Shown here piece after piece: positions 36,634 to 49,067 of a DNA stretch of 64,000 nucleotides. Each line of letters begins with the position of its first letter. Within the stretch, counting starts at the first letter, position 1. The stretch is from Anolis carolinensis (taxonomy: Eukaryota): positions 41,640,782-41,704,781 of the forward strand of contig NC_085842.1 in NCBI RefSeq assembly GCF_035594765.1, read 5' to 3'. The notes below the pieces were generated by a model. The model had not been told where the DNA came from and made no database searches. It saw only the letters and a program-made list of their open reading frames with translations. The translations under genes were made by a program, and so were the position numbers.

Positions 36634-38711
36634 TTTATACCCAATATTGGTAATAAAGGTAATAATGAAGACTGTGAGATGAACCTCTGTTGCAGAATCT
36701 TTATTCTTGCCATAAGAAGATTTTTATAGGACAAAGCTGAAGGGGTCTTGACTTAAAGGACAATAGGGAAATGGACCCAATGACCTTGAAGTCCATACAG
36801 GAAAGTACCCTGGCAACTACTAGCTAAGAAGGGCTTGCTAGCAAACCAAAGCCTGAATCTGTTTAGATGGAAAATACGTACTGAAGAGTTTTGATCAAAC
36901 ACATGGTGGAGACTTCAGGGAGACATAAGGCTTTGATTTCACGGTTCAAGAGAAGGTCACCATCACAGATCAAATCAGAGCCAAAAAAACAAGCTTACAC
37001 TATTTGTTGCAGGAAGAAATAGTAATCTTTGGCAGCACACTCTATTTAATTGAATTAAGATTTGCCTTCATCTCTACAATTGGACCAGCCACTATTAAAA
37101 GAAAGGGCACAACAATAATAAAATGTGGACTGAAGATTTCAGTGGTGTTCACATGTTTCCACAGAGGTGAAACTACACAACCATGACCTACTGAAGCTTG
37201 CCAGCTCTTTGACTTTTCTAGTAAGGCAGCAGTAAGATGTGGGATCAAAGAAAATCTAATTTGTTGTCAAGCAGGACTAGACATTCTTCGTAGGTATAGT
37301 GGGCTGGATTCTGATAGGAGCTATGCAATATTTAAATCACAGTTTCATAAGGTCTGGGAGTGGCCACTTAGAAGACTTTGTACCCATCAGAAGTGCTGGG
37401 ATTGTAAGAATGGCCACATTGATCATAAAGCTCAAGGAGACTCACAAAAGAGATACGGTCCTGCTGACTATGGTATTTTGTCTTGGTTACTTTGTCATTC
37501 ATAGTATCATCTCCTCTACTTCCATCCCAGCACTGAATGTTAGTTGTACATAGATGTGTCAACAGAGAAATTGCATCTTTGGCTACAGGAAGTAAATAAT
37601 ATGATTAAAAAAGAAATCTCAGAAAGACATGTCAGTTCATACAGAGAGAAGACTGTAATGAGTTCTAGCTCCTGAATTTAAACTACATGTGGGAATAGTT
37701 ATGTATACTGTATGTTTTGGCTCCTCAAAGGCCTGTTCTGAAAAGGAAGACTACATCCATCCAGAAACCTGATAAGGCATTTATAACACCTTGCCCTCCC
37801 CTAGTCATGTCTGCTGTGGAAGTCTGTTTACCCATCTTGGACACAAGACAAAGTGTTAATCCATTTGCCGAGGTCAGGTACATGCACATTCCAGCAAATC
37901 CTGCAGTCAGTTTGAACTGGGATCTTAAACAGTGACTTGGTTGTGAATAATTATTCTGGTCCTGTACTTGGAATAGTGTACGATTAGATTAGTCAAGGTT
38001 ATTTAGCATGACTGGCCATGTTTTGCAAGGAGATAAGGAAGAATAAAAAGAAATAGGGAAGAATAATTTTGATGAGCTATACTAGCATACTTATCTTTGA
38101 TAGTCTGCACCACATTAGACAAGTTAATGCTTTTAATCCTCTTGTACCATGCAGAGATGACTAATTCAAGTACCTTTCCTCCCCTTTTTGTTTCTCTGTT
38201 AATAACACTCATTTTGCCAACTATGCAATATTTATGCTGATTGTCATGGTTTGAGTTGCTGTTTCTTTCATCCTGTTTTAGGAGGAGGAATCAGAAATGA
38301 CACAGTATTTCTTTTTTTAGACTCAAAGGATCTTTAATCTTTGGCACCTTTTCCGGAAAACAAACCATTGTCATCTTCTTATCAGTCCTATCTCTTATGA
38401 ATTTGCAAGCTGCGGCAACAACAGAAATAATACCATCAAAGCCATGTTCTACCAAAATCTCGACTTCTATCACTATTTACAGGATTTTAAAGTCTGGTTG
38501 ACTTTAGCATTTACACAGTAATTGATAGAAATAGTCCCTGGGAAGGACATGTTAGAACGCTTATTGATATTATTATTTGGAATCTGAATCCTCTCCTGCT
38601 CTCTCACAGATCAAAATGTTTTCTTGACAATTGACATCTCAGCAGAGGCTGGTATTGCTCTCATTATTGTGTTTAGATTTAGAGTAAGTACTGTAATGAC
38701 AGTAAGTAATG

Positions 38712-38865
38712 TTACGGCGCTCTATGCAGTCATGCCAGTCACATGACCTTGGAGGTGTCTATGGACAATGCCTGTTCGCCAGCTTAGAAATGGAGATGAG
38801 CACCAACCCCCAGAGTTGGACAAGACTAGATTTAATGGCAGGGTAAAACCTTTCCCTTTCCCTTA
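38712..38865 (+). mobile_element. 5'-truncated Sauria SINE
   Basis: GCAGTCATGCCAGTCACATGACCTTGGAGGTGTCTATGGACAA...ACCTTT tail. Confidence 0.85.
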
Positions 38866-38871
38866 CTGTAA

Positions 38872-39105
38872 TGTTGCTGTTATTGTTTGTGTTTAAGTTG
38901 TTTCAAACCTATAGAGACCCAAATGCAATCATACCACTGGGCTTCCATGGTAAGATTTGCTCAGAGAGGTTTTTTTGCCTTTGTCTTCTCTAAGGCTGAG
39001 AATGTGTAATTTATCCATGATCAGGCAATGGTTTTCCATGACGAAGTAAAATTTTGAACCCTGGTCACCAGAGTCCAAGTCAAATGTTCAAATCGCTACA
39101 GTGTA
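38872..39105 (-). mobile_element. Old tRNA/CORE-like SINE
   Basis: Reverse complement similar to 7495-7690 and 42480-42690. Confidence 0.55.
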
Positions 39106-39138
39106 CTCATACTCTAATTTTAGAGTTCACTAAAACCA

Positions 39139-39352
39139 CTTGACACTATACAGTTGTAGCACTATGATTCCACTTAAACTGCTGTGGCAACCTACTGTGG
39201 AAGCCTCAGGTTTATAGTTTAGAAAAGCATCAGAGTTCTCTGCCTGAGAATTCAAGATATTCCTCAATAAACTACAAATACCAGTATTACATAGGATCTT
39301 GCCATGGCAGCTAAAGTGGAATCATAGTGCCATAGTCTTGTAGTGTGTCAAG
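39139..39352. mobile_element. Palindromic MITE (Harbinger-like)
   Basis: Long imperfect inverted arms CTTGACAC..GCACTATGATTCCACTT / AAGTGGAATCATAGTGC..GTGTCAAG. Confidence 0.7.
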
Positions 39353-39631
39353 GCTCAAGAAATGGAGTGTAATAATAGGGGATAGACACAAAGTTATTCA
39401 GTGACAGTACACAATGGGGCTGGTTTGGCAGAGGACATGATAGACAGAATAGACAAGGCATTCAACAAAAATGAAAAGTCACTTGTGAACCATCTCTTTC
39501 ATCACAATTCTGCTCCCTTGCCTGGCATCTTCATCTATGTCAGTTTCCTTCCCTTTTCTAGAGTAGTGCCACCAGCATAAATATTGCTACTGTCCCTCCC
39601 TTGTCACTATGGAACCCTGATCAATGGCACT

Positions 39632-40098
39632 CATAGAATCATAGAATCATAGAATAGTAGAGTTGGAAGAGACCTCATGGGCCATCCAGTCCAACCCCCT
39701 GACAAGAAGCAGGAAATCACATTCAAAGCACCCCGGACAGATGGCCATCCAGCCTCTGCTTAAAAGCCTCCAAAGAAGGAGCCTCCACCACACTCCGGGG
39801 CAGAAAGTTCCACTGCTGAACAGCCCTCACAGTGAGGAAGTTCTTCCTGATGTTCAGGTGGAATCTCCTTTCCTGTAGTTTGAAGCCATTGTTCCATGTC
39901 CTAGTCTGCAGGGCAGCAGAAAACAAGCTTGCTCCCTCCTCCCGATGATTTCCCTTCATGTTTTTGTACATGGCTATCATGTCTCCTCTTAGCCTTCTCT
40001 TCTGCAAGCTAAACATGCCTAGTTCTTTAAGACGCTCCTCATAGGGCTTGTTCTCCAGACCCTTGATCATTTTAGTTGCCCTCCTCTGGACGCTTTCA
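39632..40098 (-). mobile_element. Young CR1 LINE 3' fragment
   Basis: ORF 39723-40124 is CR1 ORF2 C-terminus; (CATAGAAT)n tail. Confidence 0.93.
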
Positions 40099-40177
40099 AA
40101 CTCTGGATGAAAAGTGATGAACACAACTCATGTCACACTCAAGCCTCTGTAATGAGGAGAGTGGGAGAGCATGGTAA

Positions 40178-40342
40178 GGGTTGTTGTATGTCTTTCGGGC
40201 TGTGTGGCCATGTTACAGAAGTAGTCTCTCCTGATGTTTCGCCCACATCTATGTCAGGAGAGTATACTTCTGGAACATGGCCACACAGCCTGAAAGACAT
40301 ACAACAACCCTGTGATCCCGGCCATGAAAGCCTTCAACAACA
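40178..40342. mobile_element. Minimal Penelope insertion: two inverted pLTR ends only
   Basis: Arms match 14922-14997 and 16144-16233; TSD catggtaagggt (40170-40181, 40343-40354). Confidence 0.88.
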
Positions 40343-40534
40343 CATGGTAAGGGTGGCTGTATGGTAGTGCCAAACCAAACTCAGCTGGACACAGTCAGGA
40401 CTCTATCCTCTGCACAGCTTGGGGGGGGGGGGGTTGTGGGTCACAATCTAAACATTCCCAGGGTTAATCTGGAGTTTGCTATACCAGATCAGACTCAGGA
40501 TAAGTGGTTAGTGTGAATAATTCACACATTCTCG

Positions 40535-40683
40535 TGGTCTTTCCACACTGCCCTTTATCCCATGATCTGATCCCAGATTATCTGTTTTAAACTGGAATAT
40601 ATGAATCCCCACTGCCTGACAACCTGGGACAAGCAGATAATCTGTGATCAGATTTGAGATATAAAGGCAGTGTGGAAGGGCCC
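40535..40683. mobile_element. PIF/Harbinger-type MITE
   Basis: GGTCTTTCCACACTGCC / GGCAGTGTGGAAGGGCC inverted ends; body like 16304-16452. Confidence 0.78.
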
Positions 40684-41882
40684 ACCATCTAAGAGCAAGG
40701 CAATCACTTTGAAGAAACAAGGCTGTTGTAAGTCAAAGTCAAAATAATGGCACATGACAACAACAAGCACCCCCCCTTTTAAAAAACTTCCCCTTAAACA
40801 ACCTTCAGTTCTGAAAGCCTGCTGAGATAAAAGTCCCACAACCTATTTTCTTCATTGCTTGTCCAAACACTAATTAGCATACCAAAATCCTCTACCAGTT
40901 CCATGAAATGGGATGGATTGTTAACTCCACTGAAGTGCATTCCCAGAAGGGAAGAGCTAGGTGGCTCTAATGGCAGATTTGAGAAATACGGTTCATTTCA
41001 GGTCAATCTTTCCATAATAATGTGTTCCATTATGAGGCGACCACCATTAGAACATGTGAAAAAACAAACAACTCTGACCCAAGAGTGAGTTCAACAACTT
41101 TAGAGCCCATTAGTCTTTCTGTCCTTGAAAGAGTGATAACAGAGGGCCAGAAATCAAACCCGGAATTAATAAACCATTTATCTCAAAAAACAAATGCTGC
41201 ATTTTAGCAGGGTAGAAAGTTCATTACCCCATGCACTCTATGGCCTCTTTGTTGAGCCTTAAAGCCAAGGTTACAGCTTGGTTAAGCCAATTAGCAACTA
41301 ATGTGCTATAGGACTGAAACAAATACTTCACTCCATCCATTTTCCTTTACTTAAAACAGATATCACCTCTAATCAGTTTGAAGGCAGTTTGTCACAAGAC
41401 TTTTGATTTTTCATGTGTATTATATTCACAGTTAAATTGCTGAACAGATTTAGCCTCCTTAAGGTACAAGTTAATAGTTTTGGTAGTGTTCCATTATCCG
41501 GGTGGACTCCAAAAAGGGGCCTAGACAGAGAAGGAAAGTACATTTTGGGGGGGGGGGGGGGGGTTGAAGGAAGAAACCCATTTTCCCCATTTTAACTGGT
41601 TATTTTCCCTCCCCACTTCCCATGTCAGAAACAAGAGTTGTTCCACAACAGTGACATGGGTGGGGAAAATAACAGGAAAACGGGGGAATGGTTTAACTTC
41701 TTCAACCCCCTTCCCCCCTCCTGTGAAATGGCTATCCTTCTCTCCCATGAAATAAGTTATCTATCCCTCTTGTGGCCTCCACCTGGATATTGAAACAGTA
41801 CCATCGTTCTTTAACGTGTTGTCATGAAACTACCACATCTTACCTGGACAAATATAAATAACTTCCTGAAAAATTGTGGTTA

Positions 41883-42460
41883 TCATAGAATCATAGAATC
41901 ATAGAATAGTAGAGTTGGAAGAGACCACATGGGCCATCCAGTTCAACCCCCTGCTAAGAAGCAGGAAATCGCATTCAAAGCACCCCCGACAGATGGCCAT
42001 CCAGCCTCTGCTTAAAAGCCTCCAAAGAAGGAGCCTCCACCACGGCCCCGGGGAGAGAGTTCCACTGCCGAATAGCCCTCACAGTGAGGAAGTTCTTCCT
42101 GATGTTCAGGTGGAATCTACTTTCCTGTAGTTTGAAGCCATTGTTCCGTGTCCTAGTCTGCAGGGCAGCAGAAAACAAGCTTGCTCCCTCCTCCCTATGA
42201 CTTCCTCTCACATATTTATACATAGCTATCATGTCTCCTCTCAGCCTTCTCTTCTGCAGGCTAAACATGCCCAGCTCTTTAAGCTGCTCCTCATAGGGCT
42301 TGTTCTCCAGACCCTTAATCATTTTAGTCGCCCTCCTCTGGACACTTTCCAGCTTGTCAACATCTCCCTTCAACTGTGGTGCCCAAAATTGGACACAGTA
42401 TTCCAGGTGTGGTCTGACCAAGGCAGAATAGAGGGGGAGCATAACTTCCCTGGATCTAGA
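41883..42460 (-). mobile_element. Young CR1 LINE 3' fragment (open ORF2 C-terminus 41975-42442)
   Basis: [19 protein letters not shown]...; (CATAGAAT)n tail. Confidence 0.95.
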
Positions 42461-42479
42461 TCTTTTTTAGAGAGTCATC

Positions 42480-42690
42480 ATGATATGGTCTGAACATTGG
42501 ACGACTCTGGAGACCAGGTTTTGAATCCCTGCTCAGCCATGGAAACGTACTGGGTTACTTTGGACATGTCACACTTTCTCAGTCCTAGGGGAAATCAACA
42601 CTTCTTGAATAAATCTTGTTAAGAAACCCCCATGATGAATTGGCCTTATGGTCTTCATAAGTCAGATCAGCGTGAAAGTACATATCAGCC
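42480..42690 (+). mobile_element. tRNA/CORE-like SINE
   Basis: GGAGACCAGG.TTGAATCCC.GCTCAGCCATGGAAAC head and RTE-like tail. Confidence 0.65.
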
Positions 42691-44364
42691 ACAAATCTAG
42701 ATTTGCTCCACTTGATTTGCCAATTAATGGAACTCCATGTATAGCTTCATGCAGGCCTGGTGAAAACTCCAGGAACAGAAAAATTGGGTTCCTTACCATG
42801 AAACATTGCAAAAAGATAATATTTCAATGGACCAGGCTTAACAGTGCAGACATCACTGCAAGCAAATGCTTTGGAAGATACCACCAGGGAGCATGGGAAT
42901 TATAGATTCTTCTGCTTCCAGAGAAAATGACAGTCAAATCCTCCCCAGAAAGCTATGTTTCTGAATCCATTCAAATACCATTTCCAAGGAATGGGCTTTT
43001 TCAGAGAAAGAGTTATGTTTCAATCTGTCTTTCAGCTTTTGTTAAGAGTACTATCTCAAGGTTTTTTTTCCACCTAATTATTACCTATGAAAGTTCAGTG
43101 AGGACTGTTTTCTCCAGGAAAGGCTGGGGATTGTATTACATTTCAGCACAACCCCCACCCCCAGTTTCCCAAAGAACATTTTAAAATGCCATTTCCTCTT
43201 ATCCATGTGACATTTCATATTGAATAGTACCATGGCCATTAAATTTTAGATATTTTCCAGCGACAGCCTTGTTTATCACAGTTGTCTAATTTACAGAGAA
43301 ATGTAGATAAGCGAATTGTTTCAAGAGGCCTGCAACCAATAAACAGAAATCACAAGACCACAGTTGCATTTAATTTACAACTAACTGTGGGTTCTGCCTT
43401 TATTTTTTATTCTTTATTTTTGCTGTGTTGGCCAAAATGTGCTGTTTAGCTCACTTTTTATTACTGCAGACTCAGCATTGAATTCCACAATGTATCACAG
43501 TCTTTTAAAACTTGCTATTGTTCTAGTTGAGATGTGCCTTTATTAATCCAATAAATTGTTTTTGGAAAATGTATTTCCTTGAGATGCTGTTGTCTAGCAA
43601 CAACAGGGAAAGAGTAGAAAGCTTGCGAAAAGTTTAAGAAAAAGCTACAACCAAAACAGGACCTTTTATTGAACAGATGGGATTTTCCCCTCCAAGATGC
43701 CAACAATAAAGGGATGTTCGATAGCCTGCAAATGAAAACCTCTCATTTTCTTTGATAAGCAAAGGATTGAGAAATATGCACGAGAAACAAGATTTGGGTC
43801 TACTTCAACATCACAAATATCCTACTACTATGATGCTAATTTAACCTTTACAAACAGCATTTTCTCCTCTGCTGTCACAAAAAATATGATCCAATAACTT
43901 AACTAAGTAACCTCTCCTGGCTCACCCCACACCTCAAACCTGATGGAAATGTTATTTTCCAGTGAGCAGCAGAATGGAAATCCTTCTTCCTCTGCAACCA
44001 ATGCCTAGTAAAGTAGCAATAATTAATACAGAACAGTTATCCAGTCATCCATATCTGTTACATATTCATGATCACTACTTAGTCACTTTGTGCTACCACT
44101 GCAACAATTGTAAATCCCACATCTGAAACTACTTTACCATGTATCAACTGTATGGAGTAGGGCCATTCTGCCAGGGATCTGAGAATGGGTAAATGAATGA
44201 GTTGGGCCTGGAGAAGCTGCTAGGTTAAGTATACTTAGCATGGGTATATTGGTATACTCAACTAAGTAGCTGGTATAATATACTGGTCAAGATTATTAGC
44301 TGGTAATAGCACTAGAAGAGAATTTACCATGCATTACGTGATTGTGTTGTGATAGCTGAGGACC

Positions 44365-44555
44365 CAGCATGGTGTAGAGGTTGAGAGCTGGTCTTTGGAG
44401 ATCAGAGTCCTTACTCTTTCGTGGAAGCCCACTGGGTAACCATAGGCAAGTTACACTCTCTTAGCTTCAGAGGAAAGCAAAGGCAACTCCCACTGAACAA
44501 ATGTTGTCAATAAAATTCTATGATAGGTTCACTTTAGTGTCATCATAAATCAAGA
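44365..44555 (+). mobile_element. tRNA/CORE-like SINE
   Basis: CAGCATGGTGTAG..., GGAAGCCCACTGGGT, GGCAAGTTACACTCTC core. Confidence 0.65.
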
Positions 44556-44569
44556 CTTCATCTTCGGTC

Positions 44570-45350
44570 TTCGGGCTCCACTTCCATATGCTTCCATTTT
44601 CCCCAGCATCATTCTCTTCTCCAAGCTTTCCCGTCTTCTCATTATGTGGCCAAAGTACTTCATCTTTGCCTCTAATATCCTTCCCTCAAGTCAGCAGCCG
44701 GGCATTATTTCCTGGAGTATGGACTAGTTGGATCTTTTTGTGGTCCAAGGCACTCTCAGAATTTTCCTCCAACACCACAGTTCAAAAGTGTCTATCTTCC
44801 TTTGCTCAGCCTTCCTTTTGATCCAGTTCTCACATCCATAGGTTACTATGGGAATACTATTGCTTTAACTATGCAGATCTTCATTGCCAGTGCAATGTCT
44901 CTAGTCTTCACTATTTTATCAAGATTGGTCATTGTTCAAGTAAACATCTTCTAATTTCCTGGCTGCAGTCTGCATCTGCAGTAATCTTTGTGCCTAGAAA
45001 TACAAAGTCTGTCACTACCTCCATGTTTTCTCCCTCTATTTGCCAGTTATCAGTCAGTCTGGTTGCCATAATCTTGGTTTTCTTGATGTTTAACTGCAAC
45101 CCAGCTTTTGCACTTTCTCTTTTCTCCTTGGTTATAAGGTTTCTCAGCTCCTCCTCACTTTCAGCCATCAGAGTAGTATCATCTGCATACCTAAGGTTGT
45201 TAATGTTTCTTCCAGCAATTTTAACTCCAGCCTTGGATTCAACAAGTCCCGCATGTCGCATGATGTGCTCTACATATAAGTTGAATAGGTAGGGTGAGAG
45301 TATACAGCCCTACCGTACTCCTTTCCCAATCTTGAACCAGTCTGTTGTTT
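44570..45350 (-). mobile_element. RTE/BovB-type LINE internal fragment (reverse transcriptase)
   Basis: ORF 44929-45261: GVKIAGRNINNLRYADDTTLMAESEEEL, the RT YADD motif; deletion near 44930. Confidence 0.92.
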
Positions 45351-46826
45351 CATGTTACCTGACTCCAAACTGGAGAAATCAAAGAGAAGAAGGGAAAGAC
45401 AGAGAAGGGATGTGAGATGGCTGGCTATATCAGAAGTTAGAGAAAGACAGTTCCCTTTGCTTTCACCCGCTATCCTCTTGCCTGTCTGATAAAGACTTCA
45501 GTAACAACTTGAAGGCAAGTAAAAAGGCATTATGATACCCATGCCAGTTCTGTAACAGATAACAAGCATGTACATCATTCTATAACTTTGGTTTAAATAA
45601 AAGTTAATTATTAAACTTGCATTGATGCAACCAGTCTGTTTTAGTCGGAATTGTCATCATGTTCATTTAGGAAGCTTCAGTCATTCTATTGCACCAAATA
45701 CATGAAATCTATTCAGTGGGCCTGCTTTTTGCCAAAGAGAGCTCCACTATTAGAAGACTGCAAACCCTGTAACTTGGCCACTCATACAAGCAATGGAGAC
45801 AATCCTCTTAGGTTTCACATCAATAGACAGTTCCACACAGTCCAATAAAGTTCCACTGGGGCTTAATCCCCTACTGAACACGCTTGCATGCAAAATCTGC
45901 CATGGCCATTTTAAATTTTTAAAAAGCATAAATTATTTTAAATAACGTTTTTAAATGACAGTGTTGTGGGAAGGGACTTAGCAGTCAGCAGAAAAGTCCC
46001 TCTGGGGTATAACAGTGAATTGTCCTAAAATTCCATAGCCCTGCTTTCAATTCTTCATAGGAGATTGCCAGATCTGTTCCATCCTTCTTTCTCTCTCTTG
46101 ATATTTGAAGGATAGGACGCTTTCCTCCCAGATTTAAAAAGGGAGAAATTTCCACATGAGGAACTTATTCAATGAATTCATCTATTCCATATGAATGCTT
46201 ACTAAGCTTCAAGGGAAGGTAAAATGCTACAGCAAAGTTACATCCTTGTTTCTTCTGCCTCTGCTGTTCATGTTTCTTCTTTCACATTTGTGGCTCATTA
46301 AAGGAGATCCACTGTACTGTTCAGAAATGTCCCTCTCTCACACCTGGTCATCTTATTTTCTATGTGGTGCTTCTTAACTTTAAGCAGTAGATTCCTGTGC
46401 TTCATTTTGGGAGGACTGTTAATATTTAATTGAGCAAAGGAACACAAGGATAACATAGGACTACCTGAAACCATGATTCAACCAAAATGTCCTGAAAGTG
46501 ACCCAATCATTCAAGGAGAAATAGTTTCATGAAATGATTCACCCGCACCTTAATTCTGTTAGGACCAGCTGGAAATGCGAACAAGAAGTCCATAAATTGT
46601 GCTCTTCCACAATACGTTTCCGAATAAATTTAAGAATTGGTATTCCTTAAATTTAAGAATGGATTGACTCACACAGATAAGAGCTTCTAACTGTCTCTTA
46701 TTTGGCCTTCTTCTTTCATTATTTCAGGGTTTGTGATATGTGCACCCAGTATTTAAAAAGTAAATTTGTCTTTCATAAGCCTCATTCCCTTTTAGCCTAG
46801 AGTATAAATGTAGTATAAACTCAGAT

Positions 46827-47010
46827 GGCCTAAATACTCAGAAAGGAACCAGATCTCATCTGATCTTGGAAGGTAAGTGGGGTTAGCTTTGGTTAGTACT
46901 TGGATGGAGACCACCAATAATACCAGTTTCTGCAGGCTATATTCAGAGGAAGGCATGTCTTGCCTAAGAAAACCTATAGAATTCATGAGGTTGCTATAAG
47001 TCAACAGCAT
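46827..47010 (+). mobile_element. 5S rRNA-derived SINE (5S-Sauria-like)
   Basis: GATCTCATCTGATCTTGGAAG.TAAG..GGGT...TGGTTAGTACTTGGATGGAGACC resembles the 5S rRNA internal control region, followed by a non-5S body. Confidence 0.8.
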
Positions 47011-47023
47011 TGCTAAGCCTCTT

Positions 47024-47024
<1 letters not shown>

Positions 47025-47074
<50 letters not shown>

Positions 47075-47105
47075 CATATATATACACATATATATACACA
47101 CATAT
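47025..47105. repeat. (CA)n/(TA)n compound microsatellite
   Basis: Directly visible. Confidence 0.95.
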
Positions 47106-47224
47106 GCACATATTCACATAACTGCAAATTTAACGTTAATGCAGCCTGAAAGAACTGATCCTATATATCTGAAAAAGCATCAGGACCTGAGGTTCTGATA
47201 TTTTTTTCAAATGTGTCCATTTTA

Positions 47225-47826
47225 GGAGGAGGACTAAAATGATCAAAGGTCTGGAGACCATGCTCTATGAGGAGCATCTTAAAGAGCTGGGTATTTTTAG
47301 CCTACAGAAAGAAAGATTGAGAGGAGACATGGGGCTCTTCCACACAGCCATATAACCCAGAATATCAAGGCAGAAAATCCCACAATATCTGCTTTGAACT
47401 ACGTGATCTGAGTCCACACTGCCATATATTCCAATTCAAAGCAGATAATGTGGGATTTTGTTCAGCTGTGTGGAAGGGGCCATGATCACCATGTTTAAAT
47501 TTCTGCAAGGATGTGATAAGGAAGAGGGTGCAGACTTGCTTTCTGCTGCTCTGGAGACTAGGACATGGAGCAATGGATTCAAATTACAAGAAGGGAGATT
47601 CCACCTGAACATTAAGAAGAACTTCCTGACCGTAAGAGCTGCTAAACAGTGGACCTCACTGCTTCACAGTATGATGGAAGCTCCTTCTTTGGAGGCTTTC
47701 AAACAGATGTCGGATGGCCATATATCACTGGTACTTTGATTGTGCTTTTCCTGCATGACAGAGGGTTGGACTAGATGGCCCATGTAGTCTCTTCCAACTC
47801 TATGATTCTGTGATTCTATGATTCTG
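47225..47826 (+). mobile_element. CR1 LINE 3' fragment interrupted by a MITE
   Basis: CR1 ORF2 end on both sides of 47332-47481; (ATTCTATG)n tail. Confidence 0.9.
47332..47481. mobile_element. PIF/Harbinger-type MITE nested in CR1
   Basis: TIRs as in 11491-11629; 3-bp TSD atg, and removal restores the CR1 sequence GAGGAGACATGAT. Confidence 0.88.
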
Positions 47827-49005
47827 TGAGGCCAGTCAAATCAAACTATATAGAGTAGACATGACTAGACCTATCTTATCTGATCCAAATCACAGAGACA
47901 GATAACCAACCTAAATGATTGCATTTCCCAGAATCACTATTAATGAGGACAAAGTCTGCCAGTAGAGTCCCATTATTATATTGCAACAGTGATCACCACA
48001 GATTTAGCCAAAGATATGAAATAGCAAGTGGAATTTGGGTGTTTCCTTTGAAAACTGTATCACTACCTTTTTCCTGTTTCAGAATCTGGCCTTGGTTGAG
48101 CAGTTCAGGATTTGGCCCTTTACTCATAACAGAAGTGATAACAGGAAGTTCTTGGTCTAAAGGAGAAAGAAACCCATCTCACTGTACATTCTGCTCCTGG
48201 AAAAAGAACTATTATAAGAGCTTGAATGTAAGGACTGGTTTCTGGAAAGAGGTAATTCTTTAACTGCAGTAAAAGCTGAAACAAAGTGATTCAGCAGATT
48301 GATGGACAGGGCACAGAGGAGCCTATTGTTAACCTTCCGGCTTTCCACTCGGAGGAAGCCTGGAGCATTTCCCTGCCACTAATGGGATTCTCCCTCATCG
48401 CTTACCCTGCGGAGATTACATATCCTCCTCACAGCTCATTAAAATGCCCTTGTAATGGATCCACTCCACCAGCTGGTCAAGGCATTCTCCCTTTCATATA
48501 CTTATTTATTTCAAAATAATGTATTTTCTATTAAAAATACAATCTTTGCCTCCTACCACCTTTGGCCTCAGAGCCTTTGTTGTTGTTTTCATTGTTGCAA
48601 TACTTTTATTGGAATTATATGATACAGAATAAAAATATACACAAAAACCCTATCTACATATTACATAAAACTCGGGGGGGGGGGGGAGAGATTGAAAGGG
48701 GGGAGGGAGGGAGGGAGGGAGGGAGAAGTAAGGAACGGAAAGAAAAAGAAGAGAAAAAGGCAGAAAAGTAAGGAAAAGATAAAATTGACTTCCAATCTTT
48801 TGCACAGCTGCTGTAACTAAATCCTAGTTAATCTTCTCCATTTTTATTTTTAAACATAAGATAAAAACAAAAACAAAACATTAAGCTATAAGCTATAAGC
48901 CAAAAATATAGTCCTTTTTAAATTCTATCAATTTTGTATACATATTAAAGATGTCATACTAAGCAATTATCCTACAGAAAGTTAATAAAACATCTGTCCA
49001 TTAGT

Positions 49006-49007
<2 letters not shown>

Positions 49008-49061
<54 letters not shown>
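49008..49061. repeat. (TA)n microsatellite
   Basis: Directly visible. Confidence 0.95.

Positions 49062-49067
<6 letters not shown>

Noticed and set aside
38291-38473. 60-aa minus-strand ORF with protein-like composition (IEVEILVEHGFDGIISVVAAACKFIRDR...)
   Set aside because: Non-ATG start, stop two codons upstream, weak acceptor context, no recognisable family and no partner exons
46835-46940. 5S rRNA gene
   Set aside because: Many substitutions and fusion to a SINE body; it is a SINE head, not a functional rRNA gene
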